This document shows, piece by piece, positions 7,258 to 15,717 of a DNA stretch of 37,437 nucleotides (position 1 is its first letter; each line of letters opens with the position of its first letter). The DNA is taken from positions 1 through 37,437 of IMG/VR virus record IMGVR_UViG_3300030372_001846. One strand, 5' to 3'. Under the pieces are notes generated by a model. The model was not told the origin of the DNA. It searched no databases and worked only from the letters and a program-made list of their open reading frames with translations. A program made the position numbers and the translations under genes. Source of the DNA: a virus (taxonomy: Duplodnaviria > Caudoviricetes).

Positions 7258-9396
7258 ATGGATTACGACAAAGAAGACAAAGCGGAAAGTAAAGATCACG
7301 CAGAAAAAGACTATGATGAAATAGAAGGCATTCTTAAAGCCGAAATGGACGATGCTCAAGATTTCATCGACCAAGTAGGAGAAGAGAGAGCAGAAAGTAC
7401 CGATTATTATTTGGGTAACGAACCAGACGGCGCAAGCAGTTTACAATCAGAATTTATATCAACCGATGTAAGAGACACAGTTCTCTTTATGTTGCCTTCC
7501 GTCATGCGTACATTTTTTGGAACAAAAAAGGTAGTTGAATTTTCACCCCATGGACCCGAAGATATAGCTGTGGCTGAACAACAAACAGACTACATCAACT
7601 ACCTTATCCAACAAAAGAACCCTGGTTTTAAAGTTTTATATGATGCGTTCAAAGATGCGTTAATTAGAAAGACAGGTTTTGTTAAAGCATTCTGGGATGA
7701 CTCAATGAGTGCCACTACTCATTACTATACCGACCTCGACCCCATGTCTTACCAAGCACTTATCATGGACCCTGACGTAGAAGTGGTTAAAGAAAAAGTA
7801 GAAATGGAAAGCGTTACAGTTATGAACCCTGAAACGGGAGAAGAAATGACGCAAGAATCACCAGCGTCTTACGATTTAACAATTCGCAGAGTCAAAAGAA
7901 AAAATTCTGTATGTATTGAAGCCGTTCCACCAGAAGAAGTATTAATTTCAAGAAACGCAAGAGATATACAAACTTCACCTTACGTTGCACACCGAACAGT
8001 TAAAACAATTTCTGACTTGGTTGCTATGGGATATGACAAAGAAGAAATGGAACAATACGCTGGTTCTGGTTCGTCTTACGATGCCGATACTTACAACGAA
8101 CAAGAGTCAAGAAATCCTTTAGGCGACAGCGCATATGGTGATAATCCTGATCCAGCTAAAAAAGAAGTTTTATATGTTGAACATTATTTATTTTATGACC
8201 TAGACGAAGATGGCATAGACGAGAGAATAAAAGTTTGTACAGCTGGCAATGGTCTTAATATTATTAACTGCGAACCATGTGATGAATTACCTATTGTTAT
8301 GTTTTGTCCAGACCCCGAACCACACACTTCTATTGGTTCATGTCCAGCCGATTATTTAAAACCAATTCAGGCTGCAAAATCACAAATTATGCGAGACACT
8401 TTAGACTCGCTTGGTCACGCCATATTCCCAAGAATGGGAGTGGTTGAAGGACAGGTTAATATAGACGATGTTTTAAATACTGACATTGGACAACCAATTA
8501 GAATGAGAGCGCCTGGTATGGTCCAACCCTTTAGCGTTCCCTTTGTAGGGAAAGAAGCATTCCCAGTGCTGAGCTATCTAGATGAATCAAAAGAGAATAG
8601 GACGGGAGTTTCTAAAGCGTCTGCTGGCTTAAACGCAGATGCGCTTCAATCGTCCACACAAGCTGCCGTAGCAGCAACTATGTCGGGCGCACAAGGTCGA
8701 ATAGAATTAATTTGCCGTCACTTTGCCGAGGGTGGATTAAAAGAATTGTTTGGTTTGGTTAATAATTTGGTCATTAAACACCAAGACCAACAAGACGTTT
8801 ATAGATTAAATAATGAATTTGTAGCAGTTGATCCTCGTTATTGGGAAAGTGATAAAGATATGGTTATTAATGTTGCAATAAGCAAATCAAGCGATGAAGA
8901 AAAAGCATCTATACTCGCTCAACTTACTGCAAAACAAGAACAGATATTGCAAACACTTGGACCACAAAATCCACTGGTGTCACTACAACAATATTCAAAT
9001 ACCATTACTAAAATGATTGAATTGGCTGGCTTCAAAGATGCACAACAGTTTATTAACACCGAAGTGCCTCCAATGCCACCACAACCAGAACAACAAAAAC
9101 CTGATCCAGCAGAATTGCTTGCACAAGCTGAAATACAAAAAGCACAAGTACAAGCACAAAAAGCAATGATTGATGCTGAAACGGACCGCATGAAAATTAT
9201 TATGGAAGATGATAGACACAGGGACGAGGCAGAAGCCGACATCCGCATTAAAGCAGCAGAAATTCAAGCCAAGTATGGCGCACAAGTAAATGTTGCTGAG
9301 ATTAATGCACTAATGGAAAGGGACAGAGAAACAGTAAGACAAATTGCTAAAACTCAAGCACAGGGACTGTTCAATGGAAGCGGTAATTCACAATAA
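7258..9396 (+). CDS. Portal protein
   Basis: 712 aa directly after TerL; FKDALIRKTG..K motif; Q/A-rich C-terminal coiled coil (podovirus barrel). Confidence 0.92.
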   Translation: MDYDKEDKAESKDHAEKDYDEIEGILKAEMDDAQDFIDQVGEERAESTDYYLGNEPDGASSLQSEFISTDVRDTVLFMLPSVMRTFFGTKKVVEFSPHGPEDIAVAEQQTDYINYLIQQKNPGFKVLYDAFKDALIRKTGFVKAFWDDSMSATTHYYTDLDPMSYQALIMDPDVEVVKEKVEMESVTVMNPETGEEMTQESPASYDLTIRRVKRKNSVCIEAVPPEEVLISRNARDIQTSPYVAHRTVKTISDLVAMGYDKEEMEQYAGSGSSYDADTYNEQESRNPLGDSAYGDNPDPAKKEVLYVEHYLFYDLDEDGIDERIKVCTAGNGLNIINCEPCDELPIVMFCPDPEPHTSIGSCPADYLKPIQAAKSQIMRDTLDSLGHAIFPRMGVVEGQVNIDDVLNTDIGQPIRMRAPGMVQPFSVPFVGKEAFPVLSYLDESKENRTGVSKASAGLNADALQSSTQAAVAATMSGAQGRIELICRHFAEGGLKELFGLVNNLVIKHQDQQDVYRLNNEFVAVDPRYWESDKDMVINVAISKSSDEEKASILAQLTAKQEQILQTLGPQNPLVSLQQYSNTITKMIELAGFKDAQQFINTEVPPMPPQPEQQKPDPAELLAQAEIQKAQVQAQKAMIDAETDRMKIIMEDDRHRDEAEADIRIKAAEIQAKYGAQVNVAEINALMERDRETVRQIAKTQAQGLFNGSGNSQ

Positions 9397-9559
9397 GTTT
9401 TTTCATGTCGAAATATTGGATGGTGGTCATATTTATATTGGAGAAGATATTTGTGCTAGGGATGCCAAACACGCCGAAAGTTTAATGTTGGTTATGTTTA
9501 GCGATCACCTCACCGATAACTATGAATTGTTATTAATTGAAGAACACACAATACATTAA
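9374..9559 (+). CDS. Hypothetical protein, 61 aa
   Basis: ATG at 9374 overlaps the portal end; same strand as the operon. Confidence 0.55.
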   Translation: MEAVIHNKFFHVEILDGGHIYIGEDICARDAKHAESLMLVMFSDHLTDNYELLLIEEHTIH

Positions 9560-9561
9560 TT

Positions 9562-9687
9562 ATGCCAGTCAAAAAAACAAAAGGTGGATATAAGTGGGGT
9601 AAGTCAGGAAAGACTTACAAATCAAAAGCAAAAGCTAAAAAACAAGGTAGAGCTATTTACGCTTCTGGCTATAAGAAAAAGAAATGA
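9562..9687 (+). CDS. Small basic protein, 41 aa (MPVKKTKGGYKWGKSGKTY...KQGRAIYASGY)
   Basis: Manual translation; ATGA-coupled to the next gene. Confidence 0.7.
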   Translation: MPVKKTKGGYKWGKSGKTYKSKAKAKKQGRAIYASGYKKKK

Positions 9688-9959
9688 AGAAAGTTGCTCT
9701 ATTGCCCTTATTCCTTTTTATTGGATGTGCTAATAGTTATTATTTTGTAGAGCTTGAACATATTTCTAGCCTTCAAGAAGGAAAACCATTTAACGACAAC
9801 CCCGAAACTTCAGCCGACATATTGTTTACTGGTTACAGATATAGAAACATTAATGGCATTTATATAGACGTTGGTGTTGGGTACGAAACCTCAAATGATT
9901 TAGAGGGAACAAACCCGTATGGTAAAATTAAAGTTGGAAAAGAGTGGAGTGCCAAATAA
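9684..9959 (+). CDS. Predicted lipoprotein with amphipathic beta strands
   Basis: MKKVALLPLFLFIG-C lipobox; alternating strands; near-terminal aromatic residue (KIKVGKEW). Confidence 0.7.
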   Translation: MKKVALLPLFLFIGCANSYYFVELEHISSLQEGKPFNDNPETSADILFTGYRYRNINGIYIDVGVGYETSNDLEGTNPYGKIKVGKEWSAK

Positions 9960-9971
9960 GGAAGATAAATT

Positions 9972-10094
9972 ATGAAAATATATTTACAAAAAGCATGGAA
10001 CTGGATCAAAGAAACTTCAAAGAAAGTATGGTCTTGGTTAAAAGATGCCTATAAAAAAATATCAGCTTGGTTTATTCAAAATAAGAAAAAATAA
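9972..10094 (+). CDS. Cationic Trp-rich amphipathic peptide, 40 aa
   Basis: MKIYLQKAWNWIKETSKKVWSWLKDAYKKISAWFIQNKKK; purine-rich RBS region (AGGAAG); fills an intergenic gap. Confidence 0.65.
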   Translation: MKIYLQKAWNWIKETSKKVWSWLKDAYKKISAWFIQNKKK

Positions 10095-10112
10095 TTGCTA
10101 TAATCATTTGTA

Positions 10113-10463
10113 ATGAATGATTTAGTATCAGTAATAACAGAACTTGGCTTTCCTATAGCAGCAGCACTAGGACTAGGTATTTTTGTTTGGAAGCTAATCA
10201 ATAGAATAATTGATGGCATGGAAACTAAACTTGATACTTTAGATGATAAAGTACAAACGAGTTTAGACAACATGGAAGAAAGAGTTACCACTAAACTTGA
10301 TGGACAATATGGAATCATAGTTTCCTTAATTGATAGAGTAAGAGCTATGGACAATCAAAGCATTCGCCAAGACGTTTTATTAAAAACTTTATTGGGTGTA
10401 CCAAACTTAATAGATATAGAAAAAATTGCAAAAGCAGAACGTGATGACCAAAGAAAAGATTAA
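10113..10463 (+). CDS. Single-pass membrane coiled-coil protein (holin-like)
   Basis: ITELGFPIAAALGLGIFVWK transmembrane segment followed by a coiled coil. Confidence 0.6.
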   Translation: MNDLVSVITELGFPIAAALGLGIFVWKLINRIIDGMETKLDTLDDKVQTSLDNMEERVTTKLDGQYGIIVSLIDRVRAMDNQSIRQDVLLKTLLGVPNLIDIEKIAKAERDDQRKD

Positions 10464-10995
10464 AAGAAAAAGAGGTAGGCCAAGCAAGGCAGACAAAGAG
10501 GCTAGAGAAAAACAACAACGCCGAGATACTTTTACTGCTTGGGCCATGGCTGTTTTTATGGCGATTATTGCTATCACCTTAATAGCATTTACACATAATG
10601 TTACTGCTGACGAGATAGTACATAAGTTTAAAAACCCTTCATTTAGTGGTGTTAACACAAGCTCACACTATCTGACTATAGAAAATCAAGAATTCAATCG
10701 CAAGGAAGCTTTGGAGGCTGAAATAGAAGCGCTAAAAGAAGCAGCAGAAAGAGAAGAAAATAATACAACTTTAGCTAGGTTTTATAGAAATTTAGAAAGT
10801 AGGCTGTTTGCACAACTAAGTAGACAGTTAATTGATAACTTGTTTGGTGAAAATCCACAATCAGAAGGAATATTAAAGTTGTTGGGTAACATCATAGAGT
10901 ATTGGATTGAGGACGGAATTATTACTCTAAAAATAACCGATGAAGATGGAAACGTCACGACCATTAGCCTTCCTGTTGGTGATTTTACTTTCTAG
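10444..10995 (+). CDS. csgF: Curli assembly component CsgF-like
   Basis: Hydrophobic signal followed by A-DEIVHKFKNPSFSG, matching the CsgF N-terminal F.NP.F.G motif. Start uncertain (10426 or 10444). Confidence 0.85.
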   Translation: MTKEKIKRKRGRPSKADKEAREKQQRRDTFTAWAMAVFMAIIAITLIAFTHNVTADEIVHKFKNPSFSGVNTSSHYLTIENQEFNRKEALEAEIEALKEAAEREENNTTLARFYRNLESRLFAQLSRQLIDNLFGENPQSEGILKLLGNIIEYWIEDGIITLKITDEDGNVTTISLPVGDFTF

Positions 10996-11773
10996 TTGTT
11001 CACTAGCTAGAGTACAAGATGCCTATGACGACCATATGGCAAAAGACTTTCTTAGGGTTGCCAGTATATTAGAACTTCAATCCAAAGAATTACAAGAAGT
11101 ACAAGCACCAACAATACAACCAGTGGTTGCTGTGTATGGCAATAGTTTTTCTGACCAAACAGGGCAAAGAAAAAGCAATTCTCAATTCGCATTATTTAGT
11201 AGCGCAATAACGCAAGCACCAGACACTTTATTAATAAGAGCTTTAAAACATGCATCAGGTGGTAATTTTTTTAGAGTTGTTGAAAGAGTTGGTTTAGATA
11301 ATCTTACAAAAGAAAGGCAATTAATCCGATCCACTAGAGAGCAATTTGAAAAAGAAGACGGCAAAAAACCTTTAATGCCCTTATTATTTGCTGGAGTATT
11401 AATGGAAGGAGCAGTTATATCGTATGACACCAATATCAGGACTGGTGGTATAGGGGCAAGATACCTGGGGGTGGGAAGTTCTACTCAATATAGAGAAGAT
11501 GTACTAACTGTTTCTTTGCGAATGGTATCTGTTGCAACGGGAGAAATATTAATAGAAGTTACTTCTCAAAAAACCATATTTAGTTACGGACAGTCTCAAG
11601 ATTTATTTCGTTTTTATGAACAATCTACAGAATTAGTTGAATTAGAGATTGGAATGTCGGAAAATGAGAGTGCGACCCTAGCTTTACAAAAAGCTATAGA
11701 GGGTGCGCTATTACAATTAATAAATATTGGCTACGAGAGGGGCTATTGGAGTTATGAAGAAAATAATAATTAG
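10940..11773 (+). CDS. csgG: Curli secretion channel lipoprotein CsgG
   Basis: Lipobox LSSC; VAVY...DQTGQRK, FSSAITQ, VERVGLDNLTKERQLIR, GG.GARYLGVG...QYRED, LRMVSV.TGEIL. Confidence 0.93.
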   Translation: MKMETSRPLAFLLVILLSSCSLARVQDAYDDHMAKDFLRVASILELQSKELQEVQAPTIQPVVAVYGNSFSDQTGQRKSNSQFALFSSAITQAPDTLLIRALKHASGGNFFRVVERVGLDNLTKERQLIRSTREQFEKEDGKKPLMPLLFAGVLMEGAVISYDTNIRTGGIGARYLGVGSSTQYREDVLTVSLRMVSVATGEILIEVTSQKTIFSYGQSQDLFRFYEQSTELVELEIGMSENESATLALQKAIEGALLQLINIGYERGYWSYEENNN

Positions 11774-12461
11774 TTTACTGTTACTACCCCTGTTTGTATT
11801 TGGTGCAGACAACGAAGTATCAGTAGATCAAAGCGGTGCAACTGCTAACCTAGACTTAGAACAACTTGGTTCTGGAAATATTATAGGCGGAGCAGACGCA
11901 ACGGCTGGAGATATGACTGCCTTAGACTTAGATGGTATTACTATGACATTGGACATTAACCAAATTGGTTCTAGTAACCAATTCCTTGGTGACATTCTTG
12001 CTGACACCTTTACAGGATTTTTTGAATTCACAGGAGACAGCAACATTTTCAATATCAATGTAGATAAAGATAATACATATGGCGCAGACGATAGTAATTT
12101 GAATATTCAAGTTACTGGAGATTCAAACGAATTTACATTAAGTCAAGCCACATCAGCGTTAGCGAGTACATTAGATTTAGATTGGATTATTAATGGTAGT
12201 AATAACGAAATTACTTCTACTATAAATTATGATTTAGCTACCAACTATATGGATATTGATGGGTCTGATAATGTTGTTAATTTTACTGCCAGCGGTTATC
12301 AGGGTGGTTATTTCTACCTAGACCATACAGGTGGAAGCCGTACTTTTAATATTACACAAGCATCTACACTAGATAATGACTGGCTTAAAATTCTATCTAC
12401 TGGTTCTAACGGGACTCTTTGCGTCATTCAAAATGATGGCGGAACAGCAGTCGGTTGCTAG
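11754..12461 (+). CDS. Secreted curlin-like beta-repeat protein
   Basis: Signal peptide MKKIIISLLLLPLFVFGA. Repeated (Q/T/N/D)-G-x-x-N turns (QLGSGN, QIGSSN, FTGDSN, VTGDSN, INGSNN, IDGSDN). Directly after csgG. Confidence 0.7.
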   Translation: MKKIIISLLLLPLFVFGADNEVSVDQSGATANLDLEQLGSGNIIGGADATAGDMTALDLDGITMTLDINQIGSSNQFLGDILADTFTGFFEFTGDSNIFNINVDKDNTYGADDSNLNIQVTGDSNEFTLSQATSALASTLDLDWIINGSNNEITSTINYDLATNYMDIDGSDNVVNFTASGYQGGYFYLDHTGGSRTFNITQASTLDNDWLKILSTGSNGTLCVIQNDGGTAVGC

Positions 12462-13491
12462 TATTGGAAATATATCTGAATTAACAGGCTACGCCAAAGT
12501 TCTAAGAGATAAAGAATACGGAGCCAAGATTAAGCTCGGTATAAATTCCTATGACGATGTAAGAACGTCTGCTGGACGTTTAGGAATTACATTCCTAGAT
12601 AACTCTATTGTTCGTCTTACTGAACATTCTAAATTAGTTATAGATGAATATATTTATGACCCCGATCCTAGTAAATCAAAAATGGCTCTCAAATTTGCAA
12701 GCGGTACAGCAAGATTTATTACAGGCGGTTTAGGAAAAATAAATAAAGAAAATATTTTTCTGAGTACACCAACAGCACAAATATCTATTAGAGGAACAGA
12801 TTTTAGCGCTACTGTTGATGAGTTGGGACGCTCTTTAATAATATTACTCCCCGATAAATATGGCTTATCAAGTGGTGAAATATTAGTTACAACAGCCATG
12901 GGTTCGGTTGTATTAAACAAACCTTTTGAAGCCACAACTGTTTCTGTTTATGAAAGCACAGCATCCAAACCCGTTATTTTGGATTTAACATTAGACGTTA
13001 TTGATAATATGTTAATTGTTACTCCTCCAAAAAAGACATTAGAAATCATAGAAGAACAACAAACCCAACAAGCCAATCTTTTAGACTTCAATGATTTAGA
13101 TATAGATTATTTAGAAGAAGACGCTTTGGATAATGAGGCTGATTTAGAATTTACAGAATTAGATATTAATTATTTAGATGTAAACTTTTTAGAAGACTTA
13201 TTAGATATTATGGAAGAATTAGACATAATAAAACAAGAAGATGCTTTGTCTGTTGATGCTACCCAAGTTGCAATTTCAGGTACAAAAGTTGGACAAGATT
13301 TAGAAACACAAATAACAACAATTATTCAGGGACAAGGGGTAAAATTAATACGAAATGTAGGACACTATGCAGAAGTAAATATAGATGGCGCTGGAGAATA
13401 TACAGTTATCTTTATTCAAGAGGGTGTCTCTAAGACAATAACCATCAACGGAGGTGGGTCATCAGTAATAAAAATAACTCAAAGCTCTTAA
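12376..13491 (+). CDS. FecR-domain periplasmic protein
   Basis: N-terminal hydrophobic segment; D.VRT, FLD.S.VRLTEHS.L.ID, TPTAQISIRGTDF FecR motifs; acidic C-terminal half. Confidence 0.85.
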   Translation: MTGLKFYLLVLTGLFASFKMMAEQQSVASIGNISELTGYAKVLRDKEYGAKIKLGINSYDDVRTSAGRLGITFLDNSIVRLTEHSKLVIDEYIYDPDPSKSKMALKFASGTARFITGGLGKINKENIFLSTPTAQISIRGTDFSATVDELGRSLIILLPDKYGLSSGEILVTTAMGSVVLNKPFEATTVSVYESTASKPVILDLTLDVIDNMLIVTPPKKTLEIIEEQQTQQANLLDFNDLDIDYLEEDALDNEADLEFTELDINYLDVNFLEDLLDIMEELDIIKQEDALSVDATQVAISGTKVGQDLETQITTIIQGQGVKLIRNVGHYAEVNIDGAGEYTVIFIQEGVSKTITINGGGSSVIKITQSS

Positions 13492-13514
13492 AGTCATTTC
13501 AACTTTTAAGTTTA

Positions 13515-15248
13515 TTGGTTCTATTATCTATACCTTTATTACAAGGGTGGACATTCTTAGAAATATTAAAATTAAAAACATTTGATAATTTTGTTGTAGA
13601 ACAACAACCCAGCAATCACTTTGTAACTTTAGATATATCAGAAGAGGACTTAGATAGATTTGGTGGATATCCATTGCCTAGAGATTTGTTATCTCAAATA
13701 CAAATTGAACTTATAAATGAGGGAGCAATAGGAGTTGGATGGTATTCATTTCCACAGCCAGATCGTTTTGGAGGAGATCGAGCATTTGCACAAACTTTAA
13801 ATTATGCCCCTAGTGTTCTTGCCATGTTTGAAAATGACAATGGTATTTATCCAGAAACAACTGGAACAGTTATTATGGGCGATGATACTGATAAAGGTAT
13901 TAAGGTTACAGGTGTTGTAAAGAATACTCCCGTTTTAGCAAACAGCGTACACGAAGGTATAGCGGTTGCACGAACAGACGTAGATAACTTAGTTAGACGA
14001 TTACCATTATTGATGCGTACACCAGATGGATGGGTTCCTTCTTATGGAACTAAGGTTATTCAGGTTTTGGCTAATGCAGACACTTACATTATTAAAACAA
14101 ATAAGAATGGAATAGAACAAATAAGGGTAAAGGGACTCCCTCCAGTAACAGTAGATAGCTTTGGAAGAAAATGGGTAAGTTGGGTTGATACCCCCTCAAC
14201 ATCTTTACAAGAATTAGATGTAGAAGGTAAATTTGTTTTTATTGGTTTTAGTGCTAAAGGTATCATGCCTCAAATAGCCACTCCAAAGGGGTTATTAGAA
14301 CCTCACAAAATACAAGCAGCTTTAGCAGAGTCTATGCTTATTCAAAACAGTCCATATATTCCCGATTATAGCCTTGCACTTGAGGTGGGTATGTTTGTTA
14401 TTTCTATTATTTCTATTTGGATTTTATTGCACACACTAGGAATAACTTGGGGAATTACTTTATCTGGTGGCATCTTTATTGCCACAGCATATTTTGGTAT
14501 TTGGACCATACAAAAAGGATTATTAATAGACGTTACATGGACATTAATATCTCAATTTATTACGGCAGCTATAGCTTTTTATTATAGATTTAGAGAACAA
14601 TTTAAGTTAAGACAGCAGATAAAGAAACAGTTTGAACATTATTTAGACCCTAGACAGATCAAGCGTTTGCAATCTGATCCTTCTTTATTAAAGCTCGGTG
14701 GTGAGAAAAAAGAAGCCACATTCTTATTTACTGATGTGAGAGGCTTTACTTCTTTATCTGAAAAATTAAAACCCGAAGAAGTTACATCAATAATGAATAA
14801 GGCATTAACCATTCAGTCAGATGCAGTACAAAAATATGAAGGCATGGTTGATAAGTATATAGGTGATGCGATGATGGCTATATTTAATGCTCCTTTAGAC
14901 TTAGATAACCATGAAGATAAATCTATATTGTGTGCAAAAGAAATACAAAAAAAGATAAAAGAAGCAGATTTGGGAATTGAAATTGGTATTGGAATTAACA
15001 CAGGTGAAGCGGTGATTGGAAATATGGGAAGCAATACGAGGTTTGATTTTAGTGCTATTGGTGATTGTGTAAATACAGCAGCAAGACTCGAAAGCGCAAC
15101 CAAAGAAGTGGGCGAAGATATATTAATTGGTTTTTCTACTGCAAATAAAACTAAAATTAAGTTAAAATTATTATCACCAATAAAAGTTAAAGGAAAAAAA
15201 GACCCTTTAAATATATACACATTACAGGAACAGCAAAGTGAAATTTGA
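13515..15248 (+). CDS. CHASE2-domain class III adenylate/guanylate cyclase
   Basis: CHASE2 motifs (LDISEEDL..FG.YPLPR, FPQPDR..GD, DVDNLVRRLPL); three TM helices; FTDVRGFT, DKYIGDAMMA, GIGINTG, IGDCVNTAARLE. Start codon uncertain. Confidence 0.93.
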   Translation: MVLLSIPLLQGWTFLEILKLKTFDNFVVEQQPSNHFVTLDISEEDLDRFGGYPLPRDLLSQIQIELINEGAIGVGWYSFPQPDRFGGDRAFAQTLNYAPSVLAMFENDNGIYPETTGTVIMGDDTDKGIKVTGVVKNTPVLANSVHEGIAVARTDVDNLVRRLPLLMRTPDGWVPSYGTKVIQVLANADTYIIKTNKNGIEQIRVKGLPPVTVDSFGRKWVSWVDTPSTSLQELDVEGKFVFIGFSAKGIMPQIATPKGLLEPHKIQAALAESMLIQNSPYIPDYSLALEVGMFVISIISIWILLHTLGITWGITLSGGIFIATAYFGIWTIQKGLLIDVTWTLISQFITAAIAFYYRFREQFKLRQQIKKQFEHYLDPRQIKRLQSDPSLLKLGGEKKEATFLFTDVRGFTSLSEKLKPEEVTSIMNKALTIQSDAVQKYEGMVDKYIGDAMMAIFNAPLDLDNHEDKSILCAKEIQKKIKEADLGIEIGIGINTGEAVIGNMGSNTRFDFSAIGDCVNTAARLESATKEVGEDILIGFSTANKTKIKLKLLSPIKVKGKKDPLNIYTLQEQQSEI

Positions 15249-15717
15249 TTTAATAAAAAATGTAGTTGGTTCATTAGCACCAACATTAGGTTCTGCTCTT
15301 GGAGGACCTTTAGGAGGTCAAGCAGCATCAGTAGTAGCACAAGTCTTGGGATGTAAGCCAGAACCAAAAGCTATCAATGCAGCCGTATCTGCTGCAACCC
15401 CAGAACAATTACTTGAATTAAAAAAAGCAGAACAAGAATTTGAACTTCAAATGAAAGAATTAGAAGTAGATGTTTTTGCTTTAGAAACAAAAGATAAACA
15501 AGATGCAAGATCAAAATTTAGTAAAGATTGGACTACTAGATTTATGGGAATGATTACACTGTCTGGTTTTATGGGATATATATTTCTTGTTACATTACAA
15601 CCCCCCGAACAAAACTCTGAGGCTTTAATTAATCTTGTTCTTGGTTATTTGGGTGGTCTAGCTAGTGCCGTCATAAGTTTTTATTTTGGTGCATCACATT
15701 CTAAAGAGGGTGATTAA
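15238..15717 (+). CDS. Holin-like membrane protein
   Basis: APTLGSALGGPLGG N-terminus, two C-terminal TM helices, SFYFGAS end; directly upstream of the endolysin. Confidence 0.7.
   Translation: MKFDLIKNVVGSLAPTLGSALGGPLGGQAASVVAQVLGCKPEPKAINAAVSAATPEQLLELKKAEQEFELQMKELEVDVFALETKDKQDARSKFSKDWTTRFMGMITLSGFMGYIFLVTLQPPEQNSEALINLVLGYLGGLASAVISFYFGASHSKEGD

Noticed and set aside
10113-10463. CsgE homologue
   Set aside because: The position fits, but the sequence is a TM helix plus coiled coil with no CsgE resemblance I can recognise.
13515-15248. Pycsar/CBASS-type defence cyclase
   Set aside because: It is a membrane receptor-type CHASE2 cyclase with purine-specifying residues, and no cyclic-nucleotide-binding effector gene is adjacent.
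14813-15367. 184-aa antisense ORF, and the many other minus-strand or nested ORFs over long genes (e.g. 6506-6937, 20432-20857, 28155-28571)
   Set aside because: They are shadows of well-supported plus-strand genes, with no RBS or motifs.
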